Shown piece by piece: positions 50,320 through 60,747 of a stretch of 64,000 bases of DNA. The position numbers and the translations under genes were made by a program. The DNA comes from a bacterium (GTDB taxonomy: Bacteria; SAR324; XYD2-FULL-50-16; G965216635). Under the pieces are notes generated by a model. It saw only the letters and a program-made list of their open reading frames with translations. It ran no database searches and had not been told where the DNA came from. Where the stretch lies: assembly GCA_965216635.1 (NCBI GenBank), contig OZ244188.1, positions 1,920,001-1,984,000 of the forward strand, in the 5' to 3' direction. The stretch's first letter is position 1; the number at the start of each line of letters is the position of its first letter.

Positions 50320-51747
50320 ATGAAAAACACAAATTCCCAAGTTTTAAGGAAAACTTTCGCTGTTCGTTTTATTTTGGCTCGTTCCGTTTTGGCAGCTATT
50401 CTTATTCCCGCTCTTCTTATAGGAAGTGCCTTTACTTTTGGAGGCAGCAAGCTGCAAGCCCAAGAGGTTCAAAGCATCCCGAATGGTAGTAGCAAGCTGG
50501 GATTTTTCGCTGGTTTTGTCTATCTGAATGGTTTTAAGGTAGATACCACAAAAACTGTCACGACGACAAATAGCACAACCTATACTGACGCTACTACTAT
50601 AATCTACCGTGTCACTTATGGAACGACAAGTTCTAGCATAGACGCGATCGGTGGGAATACTGCGTCGGATCCTAATACATTAAAATCGATCAGAAAGTTA
50701 GTAGAAGCAAACTGTAAAACAGGTGAAACATCTGTTGATTCAACTGGAGACTATTTTTTTGATGGTGTTTCCGGTGTTTTTAGTTCCTTTACTATTGGTG
50801 AAAAACCGGAATTAAATGAGATTGAGCCCTCTGGAGATGCTACTGTAACTTTATCAACTTCTGCTGCACCCTTTTATACAGGATCTACTGGAGAAACATC
50901 CCATTGTTTTAGCTACTTTTCCCAAAAGACTAAAGATTTTAATTCTTCTACTTATGAGGTAACTCCAGATTCAATTCCAACTCAAACTTCTGTACCTGAT
51001 GCCCCAACAGCAATCACTAGTAGCAAGAGCGATCAACTTTCTGGTATCGGTCTGCAATTCGGCGTTAGGTGGGAAAAATGGAGAGCCTCCTTGACTCACT
51101 TTACTGGTAAGGGGGGAGATAACAAGCTCGCCAATACGCTAGTTATGGCGGATTATTTTTTAAACGAGGATTTTTTTGTAGGAGGCGGTCTAGCGAGTAT
51201 GAAGCTTACCAATAGTTTAACCAGCGGCTCTGCCACAAGCCCAGCGCTTAGAGTCGGCTATAAGCGAAACTTGACCTCCAACCTATCGCTTAATTTTGGC
51301 TTGACGAAGTATATCTCGGGGGTTTCTCTAAATCATACAGCTACGGATACGGTTGTGACTCCTGCTCCTGCTCCTGCTCCTGACCTTGTTCCCATTGACG
51401 AAGTCAAAACACAGACTGCAAGTGCTTCAGCAACAATTGGTGCAAAATCTGTGAGAATACCCGGCACTTATATAACCTCCGCTGGAAACACAAAAGGTAA
51501 TACCGCCGAGTTTGTATACATAGATCAGCGTATTATAATCACACCTACTGGAATTACGATATGCTCTACTTGTACGCATAGAGATACCAGAGTAGAAGCA
51601 ACCCAAGCCCTCAGCAGAACTGTATATATAGATAAAATCCAGATTCCAGCAGGAGCTACAGAAACTCAGAAAACCACAACCACAAAAACCGCTGCCGAAC
51701 TCAAAGCACCACTCGTAATCAGCATCTCCTTCCACTTGAGTTTTTAA
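50320..51747 (+). CDS. Variable outer-membrane beta-barrel protein, paralog P4
   Basis: Same architecture as P1-P3. Start placed at ATG 50320. Confidence 0.8.
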   Translation: MKNTNSQVLRKTFAVRFILARSVLAAILIPALLIGSAFTFGGSKLQAQEVQSIPNGSSKLGFFAGFVYLNGFKVDTTKTVTTTNSTTYTDATTIIYRVTYGTTSSSIDAIGGNTASDPNTLKSIRKLVEANCKTGETSVDSTGDYFFDGVSGVFSSFTIGEKPELNEIEPSGDATVTLSTSAAPFYTGSTGETSHCFSYFSQKTKDFNSSTYEVTPDSIPTQTSVPDAPTAITSSKSDQLSGIGLQFGVRWEKWRASLTHFTGKGGDNKLANTLVMADYFLNEDFFVGGGLASMKLTNSLTSGSATSPALRVGYKRNLTSNLSLNFGLTKYISGVSLNHTATDTVVTPAPAPAPDLVPIDEVKTQTASASATIGAKSVRIPGTYITSAGNTKGNTAEFVYIDQRIIITPTGITICSTCTHRDTRVEATQALSRTVYIDKIQIPAGATETQKTTTTKTAAELKAPLVISISFHLSF

Positions 51748-51785
51748 GAAAAAGATAAACTGCAGGGAATTTTATAGCATAACAT

Positions 51786-51890
51786 GTAGAGACGCCCTAC
51801 AGGGCGTCTTATACGATGTGCATAAACCACAAAAAGCTGTTTTTAATAAACGTTCTAAATTTATGAGACGCCCATATAGGACGTCTCTAC
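51786..51890. repeat. GTAG-type REPIN, 2 hairpins (105 bp)
   Basis: GTAGAGACGCCCTACAGGGCGTCT...AGACGCCCATATAGGACGTCTCTAC directly 3' of the P4 stop. Confidence 0.9.
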
Positions 51891-52017
51891 AGACCTACAT
51901 AAAATAAAAAATGCCTCCCCACCAAAAAACAAAAAAGTAGAATTACAGGACCACATTTTTATCTTATCTGCATAGAATAAAAAATCTCAATTTAAAAATC
52001 TCAATTTAAAAATCTCA

Positions 52018-52485
52018 ATGAATTTTGAAATGCACTTGCGGGTCTATTACGAGGATACCGACGCTGGCGGGGTAGTTTATCACGCAAACTATCTAAAATT
52101 TTTTGAACGGGCTCGTAGCGAGTGGCTGAGAAGTTTAGGTTTTTCTCAAACTATTCTCAGAGAAAAAGAGCAAAATATCTTTGCTGTAAAAAAACTCTCC
52201 ATTCGGTACTACAAACCCGCCGTTCTGGACGATCTACTTTCTGTCAACTGCCGACTTATAAAAACAAAAAAATGCTCTTTGTTTTTCTCGCAAGAAATTT
52301 TTCGCTTCCCAAAATTACCATTAAAGACGAAGCCAAGGCAACCAGCCTTACAACAGCTGTGCCTGCCTGCATCTGAGCTTGCAGAAGAATTGCTTGTTTC
52401 TGCAGATATATTGATTGCTTGTATTCACAGTAAAACATTTAAACCGACTATTATTAGCCCTGCTTTAACAAAATGTTTATTCTAA
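52018..52485 (+). CDS. ybgC: YbgC-family acyl-CoA thioesterase
   Basis: RVYYEDTDAGGVVYHANYLKFFERARSEWLR. Confidence 0.9.
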   Translation: MNFEMHLRVYYEDTDAGGVVYHANYLKFFERARSEWLRSLGFSQTILREKEQNIFAVKKLSIRYYKPAVLDDLLSVNCRLIKTKKCSLFFSQEIFRFPKLPLKTKPRQPALQQLCLPASELAEELLVSADILIACIHSKTFKPTIISPALTKCLF

Positions 52486-52495
52486 ACAATCAAGA

Positions 52496-53497
52496 ATGAC
52501 AAAACTAGCTTCTTTTAGTTGGGAAATTTTCAATAGTCTCTGTAAGCAAAATTTTCTGCAATCTGGCAAAGCTTACCTTATTGCTATTAGCGGGGGTTGT
52601 GATTCTGTCGCCCTCAGCAGGCTATTTCATAGTTTTTTAAAAAAGATGGATTTCAAGCTAGAGTTAGTTCATTTCCATCACGGTATTCGCCAAAAAAGCG
52701 ACGTAGAAGCTGATTTTGTTTTAGCTTTAGCAAAAAAATTATTCTTAAAGTGCCATCTTTTTAAAACCAAAAGCCTACGCCCTCCAGCCATTCAAAAAAA
52801 AGCCCGTGAGTGGCGCTATCAAAAATTGGAAATGTTAAAACAAAAAGAAAATTTTGCTTTTGTTGTTTTAGGACATCAACTAGAAGACCTTGTAGAAACA
52901 CAAATTTGGCGTTTGTTACGGGGAACAAGTCTGTTTGATTTAGCTACTATTTTACCCAAACAAAAATTTTACCTGCGTCCCCTACTTTATACTTCCAAAC
53001 TGAAAATTCAAGACTATTTACATTCTATAAAACAGGATTGGGTAGAAGATGCTAGCAACCTAGAGGATAGCTATACAAGAAATAGTATTCGCAAGCACTT
53101 ACTTCCCGCAATGCAAAATATACTGCTTCCAGAAAAATCTCCAGCCCCTTGGTCGGCAGAAAAACAAACTGTCCCTCACCAGTTTTTAGAAAAAATGTTA
53201 GCTTTGCATAAAGAAGCGATAGAACTGCAAGGCATTTATCAAACGCAAACTTCTCATATTACATTTGAGAAAGGTTACCTGAATTTTGAAGAATTGCAAA
53301 AACTACCCTGTCTTTTTGCTCAAAGGGTGATTCACGATTTTTTAATTTCTCAAAAAATAGATTCTTTATTAAGAGTTCAAATAGAAAACATTTATCAATT
53401 GGTTTTAGAAAACAAAGGAAATTGGGAACTCAAGCTTTCTAAAAATAGGGTGGTAGAAGGTAGAAATAAAAAAATATTTATTAGACCTTTGCATTAG
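52496..53497 (+). CDS. tilS: tRNA(Ile)-lysidine synthetase
   Basis: AISGGCDS PP-loop, AREWRY, GHQLED..ET, RPLL, EDASN and RNSIR. Confidence 0.93.
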   Translation: MTKLASFSWEIFNSLCKQNFLQSGKAYLIAISGGCDSVALSRLFHSFLKKMDFKLELVHFHHGIRQKSDVEADFVLALAKKLFLKCHLFKTKSLRPPAIQKKAREWRYQKLEMLKQKENFAFVVLGHQLEDLVETQIWRLLRGTSLFDLATILPKQKFYLRPLLYTSKLKIQDYLHSIKQDWVEDASNLEDSYTRNSIRKHLLPAMQNILLPEKSPAPWSAEKQTVPHQFLEKMLALHKEAIELQGIYQTQTSHITFEKGYLNFEELQKLPCLFAQRVIHDFLISQKIDSLLRVQIENIYQLVLENKGNWELKLSKNRVVEGRNKKIFIRPLH

Positions 53498-53601
53498 TTT
53501 CTAATTTTTTAAAATTGACAAAAATATTTAAGATTGACAAAATATTTCTTTCGTCCATAATTATTGATAATAGTTATCCTAAAAAATTTTAATTTAAAAA
53601 T

Positions 53602-56088
53602 ATGGAAAAACACGCACGGTTGGTCATTATAGGAGCAGGTATTGTAGGTTGTGCAGCTGCCTATCATTTAGCAAAAATGGGTTGGAAAGATATAGTAGTT
53701 TTAGATCAAGGTAAGTCTCCTTTTTATGGAGGCTCTAGTTCTCACGCACCGGGAGGCGCTTTTCAAACCAATCCTTCTAAATTGATGACGGAACTGGCTC
53801 ACTATGGAGTCCATTTTTATCATAGTTTGGAGTACGACGGAAAAAAAGGAGCAGAGTTATCGGGGGGTATAGAATTGGCTCGCACTCCAGAAAGATTGAC
53901 GGAACTAAAAAGACGTTGTGGCTTGGGGCATAGTTGGGGATTGGAAGGGGAAATTCTTACTCCTAAAGAGTGTAAAGAAAAAGTTCCCTTCCTCAATGAG
54001 AAAGAAATTTTAGGGGGTTATTTTGTAGCAGACGATGCGGTAGGTCGTCCTGTAGTTTGTGTGCAGGCTTTGGCAGAATTTGCGAAAAAAAATGGAGTGA
54101 AATTTTACGACCGCACGGATGTTTTGGATATTTTAGTAGAAAAAAAACGCGTTAAAGGAATCAAAACCAACAAAGGCTCAATCACTTGCGAAAAAATACT
54201 TTGCTGTGCGGGTATGTGGGGATCTGTGATTGGTGAGATGATTGGGCAGCCTATGCCTCTGATGCCGATGGAACACCAATACGCTCGCACCAATTCTTTA
54301 AAGGCACTAGAACCTTTTAAGGATACAGAAGTAGCTTTTCCTTTGCTACGAGAACAGGGTCATTCTTTGTATTTTCGGCAACACCACCAAGAATTAGGCA
54401 TCGGTAATTATTTTCATAGACCGATACCTATTAACGCAAAAAAATTAACTCACCCTAGCCAAAGCAAAGAGATGCCTTCTGTTAGAAAGTGGACTCCTGC
54501 AGATTTTCAAGAGGCTTGGGAGCGTTCTATGGAAATTTTTCCTTGTCTGAAAGAAGAAAAAGCAGAATTAAATTATAAAATTAACGGGGTTTTTTCTTTT
54601 ACTCCCGATTCTGGTTCTTTGCTCGGTGAATCTCCCGTAGTCAAAGATTTTTGGATAGCGGAAGCTGTTTGGTTCACTCACGCAGCCGGCTTTGCAAAAA
54701 TTATTGCAGAGTGGATGGATGCTGGCGAAGCCCAACAGGATGTGCACGAAGCAGATTTACACCGCTTTTATGCTCACGCTGCTTCTCAAAAGTATATCCG
54801 CAATTCTGGAGCAGAGCAGTATAGAATAGTCTACGATTTAAACCATCCCAAAAGACAAAACGAACTGGAAAGGAATTTGATGTGCAGTCCTTTTTTTGAA
54901 AGACAAAGGCAACTGGGAGGACATTTTTTTCAAACACTTGGATTTGAGAGAGCCCACTGGTACGAAAGCAATCGCCATTTATTAGATTATAATTTTGCTA
55001 AAAGACATCCTTGGTCAGCGCAAAATTGGTCTCCCATAGAAGCGGTAGAATCTTTACAGACAAGAAACAATGCTGCGATTTATGATCTTTCTGCTTTTCA
55101 AGTGTTTGCCATAGAAGGCTTGGGGGCTTTAGATTTTTTGCAAAAACAAGTTTGTAGCAATTTAGATGTTGCTGTAGGCAGAATAGTCTATACTCAAGTT
55201 TTGACTGTATCGGGTGGGATTAAATGCGACGTGACTATTTCAAGGATGGACGAGCATCTTTTTTGGGTGATTAGCGGAGTTGGTTCTGCAGGGCACGATT
55301 TTGCGACTTTGAAAAATAGGTTTTATAACTTCTTGGGGAGCACAAAAAATACGACTTCCAAAAATGTTAGTATAAGGGATATTTCCGATAGCTATGCAAC
55401 TATTGGTGTCTGGGGACCCAACGCTAAGAAAATTTTACAACCGACTTGTGATATAAATTTGAATATTCAAGAATTTCGTTTTTTCCGTTGGAAATCTGCT
55501 TTTCTCGGCTCTATCCCCGTATATATGTTTCGCATCTCCTATGTAGGAGAAAGTGGTTGGGAAATTTATGTGAAGACACCTTACGCTCTGGCTTTGTGGA
55601 AACTTATAGAAAAAGCAGGAGCTCCTTACGGGATGATTCCAGCTGGCACGGGAGCTTTTGATTCTTTGAGATTAGAAAAAGCCTACCGCTCTTGGGGTGG
55701 GGATATGGCACAAAATGAAACTCCTTTTCACGCTGGAACAGAGTTTATTATTAGCTGGAAAAAAGGAGATTTTATCGGAAAAGAAGCTTTGGAAAAAGTT
55801 AAAAAAGAGGGCGTGGATTTAAGATTGCATACTTTTCGTTTGCAAAATAAATCGGTAGTCCTTTTAGGAGGAGAAACAGTTTATGATAAAGAAAAGCGAA
55901 GAATAGGCTACGTGACAAGCGCAAATTACGGCTACGCTGTAAATGAATCTATCGGCTTTGCTTACCTTCCTCCTGAATATGGTAAAGTAGGCACAGAGGT
56001 TTATTTTGATTATCTCGGCAATATGTACCTCGGCTTTATAGAAAAAGATGTGTTGTACGACCCCAATTATGAAAAAGTCAAAAGTTAG
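53602..56088 (+). CDS. GcvT-family FAD oxidoreductase (dimethylglycine/sarcosine dehydrogenase-like)
   Basis: IIGAGIVG FAD motif, SSSHAPG, FTPD, C-terminal GcvT domain (SYVGESGWEI, SLRLEK, GYVTS). Confidence 0.92.
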   Translation: MEKHARLVIIGAGIVGCAAAYHLAKMGWKDIVVLDQGKSPFYGGSSSHAPGGAFQTNPSKLMTELAHYGVHFYHSLEYDGKKGAELSGGIELARTPERLTELKRRCGLGHSWGLEGEILTPKECKEKVPFLNEKEILGGYFVADDAVGRPVVCVQALAEFAKKNGVKFYDRTDVLDILVEKKRVKGIKTNKGSITCEKILCCAGMWGSVIGEMIGQPMPLMPMEHQYARTNSLKALEPFKDTEVAFPLLREQGHSLYFRQHHQELGIGNYFHRPIPINAKKLTHPSQSKEMPSVRKWTPADFQEAWERSMEIFPCLKEEKAELNYKINGVFSFTPDSGSLLGESPVVKDFWIAEAVWFTHAAGFAKIIAEWMDAGEAQQDVHEADLHRFYAHAASQKYIRNSGAEQYRIVYDLNHPKRQNELERNLMCSPFFERQRQLGGHFFQTLGFERAHWYESNRHLLDYNFAKRHPWSAQNWSPIEAVESLQTRNNAAIYDLSAFQVFAIEGLGALDFLQKQVCSNLDVAVGRIVYTQVLTVSGGIKCDVTISRMDEHLFWVISGVGSAGHDFATLKNRFYNFLGSTKNTTSKNVSIRDISDSYATIGVWGPNAKKILQPTCDINLNIQEFRFFRWKSAFLGSIPVYMFRISYVGESGWEIYVKTPYALALWKLIEKAGAPYGMIPAGTGAFDSLRLEKAYRSWGGDMAQNETPFHAGTEFIISWKKGDFIGKEALEKVKKEGVDLRLHTFRLQNKSVVLLGGETVYDKEKRRIGYVTSANYGYAVNESIGFAYLPPEYGKVGTEVYFDYLGNMYLGFIEKDVLYDPNYEKVKS

Positions 56089-56133
56089 ACCTTCTAGTTC
56101 AAAGGTTCATAATACTATAGACTTCTATCTTTT

Positions 56134-56397
56134 ATAGGCTTTTGAATTTGCCAAATAGGACAAAACTAGCTGTTTAGCCAAAACAAGCTTGTTGCTTTTA
56201 CGCCAATACAGGCTTTAGCAAAAGAGTCACTGGTACGACCATTCGGCTCTTTTGCAGTCTATATTGTGTTAGCTTTAAGTTTTGCACTACACCATTGAAA
56301 AAAAGTTGCACTCAGAGCTTGAATCTGCGAGATATTTATTTATACTAAAATGAGACTGTTAAACTAGTCTTCCTATAATGCCTAGTTCAAAAGTCTC
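56134..56397. mobile_element. MITE-like palindromic element (divergent)
   Basis: taggcttttgaatttgccaaataggacaaaactagctg...ataatgcctagttcaaaagtct. Confidence 0.7.
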
Positions 56398-56422
56398 AAA
56401 ATAAATTGACAATTTTATTATT

Positions 56423-56980
56423 ATGGAAAATAGCATTATCAAAAATATAGATCAAAAAATGAGTAAAACCATTGAAGCTTTGAAAAAAGATTTTGTATCT
56501 ATTCAGGCTGGAAGAGCAAATCCTAGTATATTAGACAATATCTTTGTGGATTATTATGGTTCTAGTATGCCTATTCATCAATTAGCTAATATTACCACTC
56601 CAGATCCGCGATTATTGATTATCGTGGCTTGGGAAAAATCAGTTGTCAAGGAAATAGAAAAAAGCATTACCAAAGCCAATATTGGAATTACTCCACAAAG
56701 CGATGGAACAGTCATTCGCCTGCCTATTCCGCCTTTAACAGGAGAAAGAAGATTGGAACTAGTCAAGCAAGTAAAAAAGATTGGCGAAGAATGTAAAAAT
56801 TCTATTAGAATTAGCCGTAGAGATGGTAATCAGCATGTAAAAGATCAAGAAAAAAACAAAGATTTTTCCGAAGACACAGCTAAAGATTTGGAAAAAGAAA
56901 TGCAAACTCTTACAGATAGATATATTCAAGAAATAAACTCTCTGATAGAGCATAAGGAAAAAGAATTAACTGAATTTTAG
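56423..56980 (+). CDS. frr: Ribosome recycling factor
   Basis: GRANPSILD, VDYYG, IPPLT.ERR and IRISRRD. Confidence 0.98.
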   Translation: MENSIIKNIDQKMSKTIEALKKDFVSIQAGRANPSILDNIFVDYYGSSMPIHQLANITTPDPRLLIIVAWEKSVVKEIEKSITKANIGITPQSDGTVIRLPIPPLTGERRLELVKQVKKIGEECKNSIRISRRDGNQHVKDQEKNKDFSEDTAKDLEKEMQTLTDRYIQEINSLIEHKEKELTEF

Positions 56981-57273
56981 CGACTATTGAATTAGACATT
57001 CTAGTTCGGCAAAACAGGCTTATTGCTTAAAACTTCAGACAGGCTATTTGCGAAAGAACCAGCTTTTTTGGTGTAGATTTATTATTGTCTACCAGCAAGA
57101 GTGCTTCGGGCGCTCTTGCACAAAAACCTTATTATATTTCAATTTTTCATACATTTGGTTATTTTGATATTTTACTATAACCCTTATTTTGTGTTAAGCA
57201 GTAAGAGAAACTCCCGAGCTAAAATTTTTTTTGTCTTGTCTAGTCTTTCTATAATGCCTAATTCAACAGTCTA
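56981..57273. mobile_element. MITE-like palindromic element (divergent)
   Basis: gactattgaattagacatt...aatgcctaattcaacagtcta inverted ends. Confidence 0.65.
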
Positions 57274-57282
57274 GTTTTAATT

Positions 57283-58239
57283 ATGTATCGTCTCGCTAGC
57301 ATTCTAATTACCGTTGCCTGCTTTATTACTTGGCTGCTGATTTCTCTGGGAGCAACAGTGCGTCTTTTTGGGGCTGGTTTGGCTTGTCCCGATTGGCCCC
57401 TGTGTTATGGAAGCCTAACTCCTTCTCCCACTCTACCCATTTTACTAGAAGTAGGGCATCGCTACCTAGCAAGTATTTTAGGCTTAATACTTATTTTGAT
57501 CTATCTACTTTGCATCTGGTGTGCAGATTTAAGAAAAACAAGAAAACTCTCGGGTTGGTTGCTTTTCTTGGTTGTTTTTCAAGGGTTGGTGGGAGGCTTA
57601 ACTGTTTTATTCAAACTCAATTTTTCTACAGTAGTCGTACACTTATTACTAGGAAATTTACTTTTTTTCGGGTTGATTTGCTTGTTTTATGAAATAATTT
57701 TTCCGCCAAAAATTCCACTCAAAAACCTTATTTTTTATCCTACTTCTAAAAAATACAAACAACTGCGACTGCTCAGCTTTTTATTTTTCTTTATGCTTTT
57801 TACGGGAGGTTTAAATAGCAGTAATTACGCAGGGTATGCCTGCCAAGCCTTTCCTCTATGCAATAGCCAATCTTCTTTTTCTTTTTTTTGGGATAGCCAA
57901 AATTCCACCTTTTTTTTCAATGGCTGGAAAGGTTTTGATTTCAAAGTCCATTTTTTAGAAGCAATCCATCTCTTTCACAGATTAGTCGTTATTTTAGGAA
58001 GCATTGTTTTAGGCTATTTTTCTATTCGCTACTGGCTAAAAGCCGAAGGAAACGCAGCCAAAGAGTGGAAAATTCTTGGGTTTACTCTTTTGATTTTGCT
58101 GTTTTTAGAAATTCTAGTAGGTATCACTAACGCACTATTTAGAGTGCCCATTCCTATTTCTATCCTACATACAGCACTGTCAGCTAGTATTACTGGAATT
58201 TTGGGCTGGGGATTTAGTCTTTCTAAATATAAGGATTAA
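57283..58239 (+). CDS. ctaA: Heme A synthase (COX15/CtaA)
   Basis: GAGLACPDWPLC, EVGHR, QGLVGGLTV, HLFHR and ILH. Confidence 0.92.
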   Translation: MYRLASILITVACFITWLLISLGATVRLFGAGLACPDWPLCYGSLTPSPTLPILLEVGHRYLASILGLILILIYLLCIWCADLRKTRKLSGWLLFLVVFQGLVGGLTVLFKLNFSTVVVHLLLGNLLFFGLICLFYEIIFPPKIPLKNLIFYPTSKKYKQLRLLSFLFFFMLFTGGLNSSNYAGYACQAFPLCNSQSSFSFFWDSQNSTFFFNGWKGFDFKVHFLEAIHLFHRLVVILGSIVLGYFSIRYWLKAEGNAAKEWKILGFTLLILLFLEILVGITNALFRVPIPISILHTALSASITGILGWGFSLSKYKD

Positions 58240-58362
58240 ATTAGACATTCTAGTTTGACTATACTGCGTTGAAATTTTTTTTATTGTATTGTCTAGATTT
58301 GTGTTTTCTCTTGCTCTGAGCCTGGTTCTAATTTTTTGTCTTGGGTAGGTTTTAATTTATTT

Positions 58363-58746
58363 TTACCTACTTTTATTCTTGTATAATAAATAACCTGCTG
58401 TCCCCCATAGCCCTATAATAGTTATAGTTGTAGAACCAAATAAAACATTAAATGAAGAGGTAGGCAATTTTACTCCACAAAAAGAATATGGAGTGATAAC
58501 AGAAAGAGGACAAGTAGGCAGAAAAAACTGCAAAAACAAAACAAAGCATAAAATAGAAATCCAGAATATAGTAATATCGTATGCCTTATAAAAAAATTCA
58601 AAAACTAATTGTCTTTCTACTTCCGAAGTTTTTAATTTGTCGTCTAGTAGTTTTTTGGCTTCATTAAATTTTTCATTTATTTCACCTGAACCTGATTCAT
58701 TTACACCTGATTCTACAACCGAATTAGAATAACTATTTTTTGACAT
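58363..58746 (-). CDS. Small 2-TM protein overlapping a Panacea gene (candidate toxin/partner)
   Basis: Polar N-terminus and two hydrophobic segments (..LFGSTTITIIGLW..); overlaps 58733-59209. Confidence 0.7.
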   Translation of the reverse strand: MSKNSYSNSVVESGVNESGSGEINEKFNEAKKLLDDKLKTSEVERQLVFEFFYKAYDITIFWISILCFVLFLQFFLPTCPLSVITPYSFCGVKLPTSSFNVLFGSTTITIIGLWGTAGYLLYKNKSR

Positions 58747-59209
58747 AGTCTTTTAAGAAACCTTTATAGTAGACTTTAATTAAATCTCTGTCTATTACCT
58801 TATGTCTTGAACCATCATAACAAACAGACCAAGGAGTTCCATCCGTATGGGTATGCCCCATAATTGTTTTACCGTTTTTATCCCTGTATATATTCCATAC
58901 TGTAGTTAATAAACTATAAATTTCTTCATCTTCTTTTGTTATTTTTGGGACTAATTCTTCTCCGTCTATTTCTGCGGGTGTTGTAAGTACATTATATTTT
59001 TTGTCTTTAAAACTATGGTAGACAGAAGGAACAACAGGTCCCATCTTCCAAGCCTGAACTTCATCTTTAAATAAATCAAAATCTTTCAGTGCTAAAGAAA
59101 AACCTAAAGCAATATAGACAATTTTATTTAGTTTTAAAACATCTACATTATCATTATTTTTTTGTTCTATAAAAAAATTAGCCACCGAAAGTGCTGTTTG
59201 TATTTCCAT
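58733..59209 (-). CDS. Panacea/SocA (DUF4065) antitoxin-domain protein
   Basis: VANFF, LKLNKIVY, VQAWKMGPVVPSVY and HTHTDGTPW; close paralog of 38924-39421. Confidence 0.9.
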   Translation of the reverse strand: MEIQTALSVANFFIEQKNNDNVDVLKLNKIVYIALGFSLALKDFDLFKDEVQAWKMGPVVPSVYHSFKDKKYNVLTTPAEIDGEELVPKITKEDEEIYSLLTTVWNIYRDKNGKTIMGHTHTDGTPWSVCYDGSRHKVIDRDLIKVYYKGFLKDYVKK

Positions 59210-59434
59210 TTTTTCTTATTTTGTGAACTTTTTGTATTAATTTTTTCCCTTTTAGTTAAAAAAATTCAACTTAACATACAAAATCATTCTTTGCAAGATT
59301 AATATTAGTCAACTTATCTAGAACATTTATTTTAGGGCAATGTACCATAATTTTTGTTTTGAATAACACGGCATTTTTCATAAACTTTATCAATAACAAA
59401 TTAAACAGATAAACCTAATTTTTATCAATTTGTT

Positions 59435-60205
59435 TTAGGGTTTTTGGGCAAAGTGAACAACACAAGCCCCGCATAGCTTTTTTTGAAATTCGGATTCTCT
59501 AAAACCTACAGCGTTTAATTTTGTTACTAATTCTTGGGGAGAAGGATAGTCTTTTGTAGAGTTAGGAAAGTAGCAAAACATTTTGCTTTTGGGAACAAGG
59601 TATTTGCCTAGCAAAGGAACGAGCTTGAAAAAAAAAAATTGAAACATTTGACTAGCTATCGGAAAAGTAACTTTTCCCATATCTAAACAAGCAAAAACAC
59701 CTCCTTTTTTTAGACAACGATAAATTTCTTGCAATGCAAAATCCAAATCTGTAAGGTTGCGTAGACCAAAACCTACAGTAATAGCCGTCAAAGAATCCTT
59801 AGCAAAAGGGAGCGGAAGCACATCTTTAAAAACAAATCTGATTTTAGAGTTTTCTTTTTTTTTCTTTTCAGCAATTTTCAGCATAGCAGAAGAAAAATCC
59901 ATTCCTATAATTTCATAGTTTTGAGGAGCAAAGTTTTCTAACTGGTAGGTAATATCTCCTGTGCCGCAACAAATATCTAAAATTTTGCCAGAATATTTGC
60001 CAGAATCTTTGCCAGAATACTTGCCAGAATCTTTGCCAAAACTTTTATTTGTAAGAATCATTTGAATAGTTTTTCTGGCGAGTGCTTTTTTAAATACTTG
60101 GTGTCTGCCAAAGGAGACTAAGCAATTAAAAAGATCATACTTATAAGCGATCTCGTCAAAGCCCTGCCTAATAAATTTTTTATCTTTTTCTATTGCTTGC
60201 CTCAT
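59435..60205 (-). CDS. ubiE: Ubiquinone/menaquinone C-methyltransferase
   Basis: FDEIAYKYDLFN..SFG.H, LDICCGTGD, DFSSAML and GFGLRN; contains a 12-bp repeat insert. Confidence 0.92.
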   Translation of the reverse strand: MRQAIEKDKKFIRQGFDEIAYKYDLFNCLVSFGRHQVFKKALARKTIQMILTNKSFGKDSGKYSGKDSGKYSGKILDICCGTGDITYQLENFAPQNYEIIGMDFSSAMLKIAEKKKKENSKIRFVFKDVLPLPFAKDSLTAITVGFGLRNLTDLDFALQEIYRCLKKGGVFACLDMGKVTFPIASQMFQFFFFKLVPLLGKYLVPKSKMFCYFPNSTKDYPSPQELVTKLNAVGFRESEFQKKLCGACVVHFAQKP

Positions 60206-60264
60206 TTTTGTTGTTTATTTTGCTCCGTTATTATAGTCTAAAATATACTTTAAAATTAGATTTT

Positions 60265-60747
60265 ATGAAATATTCTTTTGAAAAAAAAATTCTTGCTCCT
60301 GATATTATCTCCACAGAAATAGAAAAATTAAAAGAAAATAAAACTTTGGTTTTTAGCAATGGCTGTTTTGATCTATTCCACTACGGACACTTAATCTATC
60401 TCTACCAAGCTAAACAACTTGGAGATTTACTGCTTGTAGCACTCAATACAGATGCTAGTGTTCAAAAAATTAAAGGAAAAAACAGACCCTATATCTCTTT
60501 ACAACAAAGGGCTTCCATTTTAGCAGGGCTTGAATTTGTAGATTGGGTAACTTGGTTTTCTGAAGAAAGTCCTTTGAATTTATTAGAAAAAATCAAACCT
60601 GATATTTTAGTGAAGGGTGGAGATTATCAGTTAAACCAAGTTGTAGGAGGTGATTTAGTGAAAAAATACGGGGGAAAAGTTGCCACTGTAGATTTACAGA
60701 AGGGTTGGAGTGGGGTTAGTATAGTAGAAAAAATTAAAAACTCTTAA
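60265..60747 (+). CDS. rfaE2: D-glycero-beta-D-manno-heptose 1-phosphate adenylyltransferase
   Basis: FSNGCFDLFHYGH, LNTDASV..KG..RP and PDILVKGGDY. Start placed at ATG 60265. Confidence 0.9.
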   Translation: MKYSFEKKILAPDIISTEIEKLKENKTLVFSNGCFDLFHYGHLIYLYQAKQLGDLLLVALNTDASVQKIKGKNRPYISLQQRASILAGLEFVDWVTWFSEESPLNLLEKIKPDILVKGGDYQLNQVVGGDLVKKYGGKVATVDLQKGWSGVSIVEKIKNS

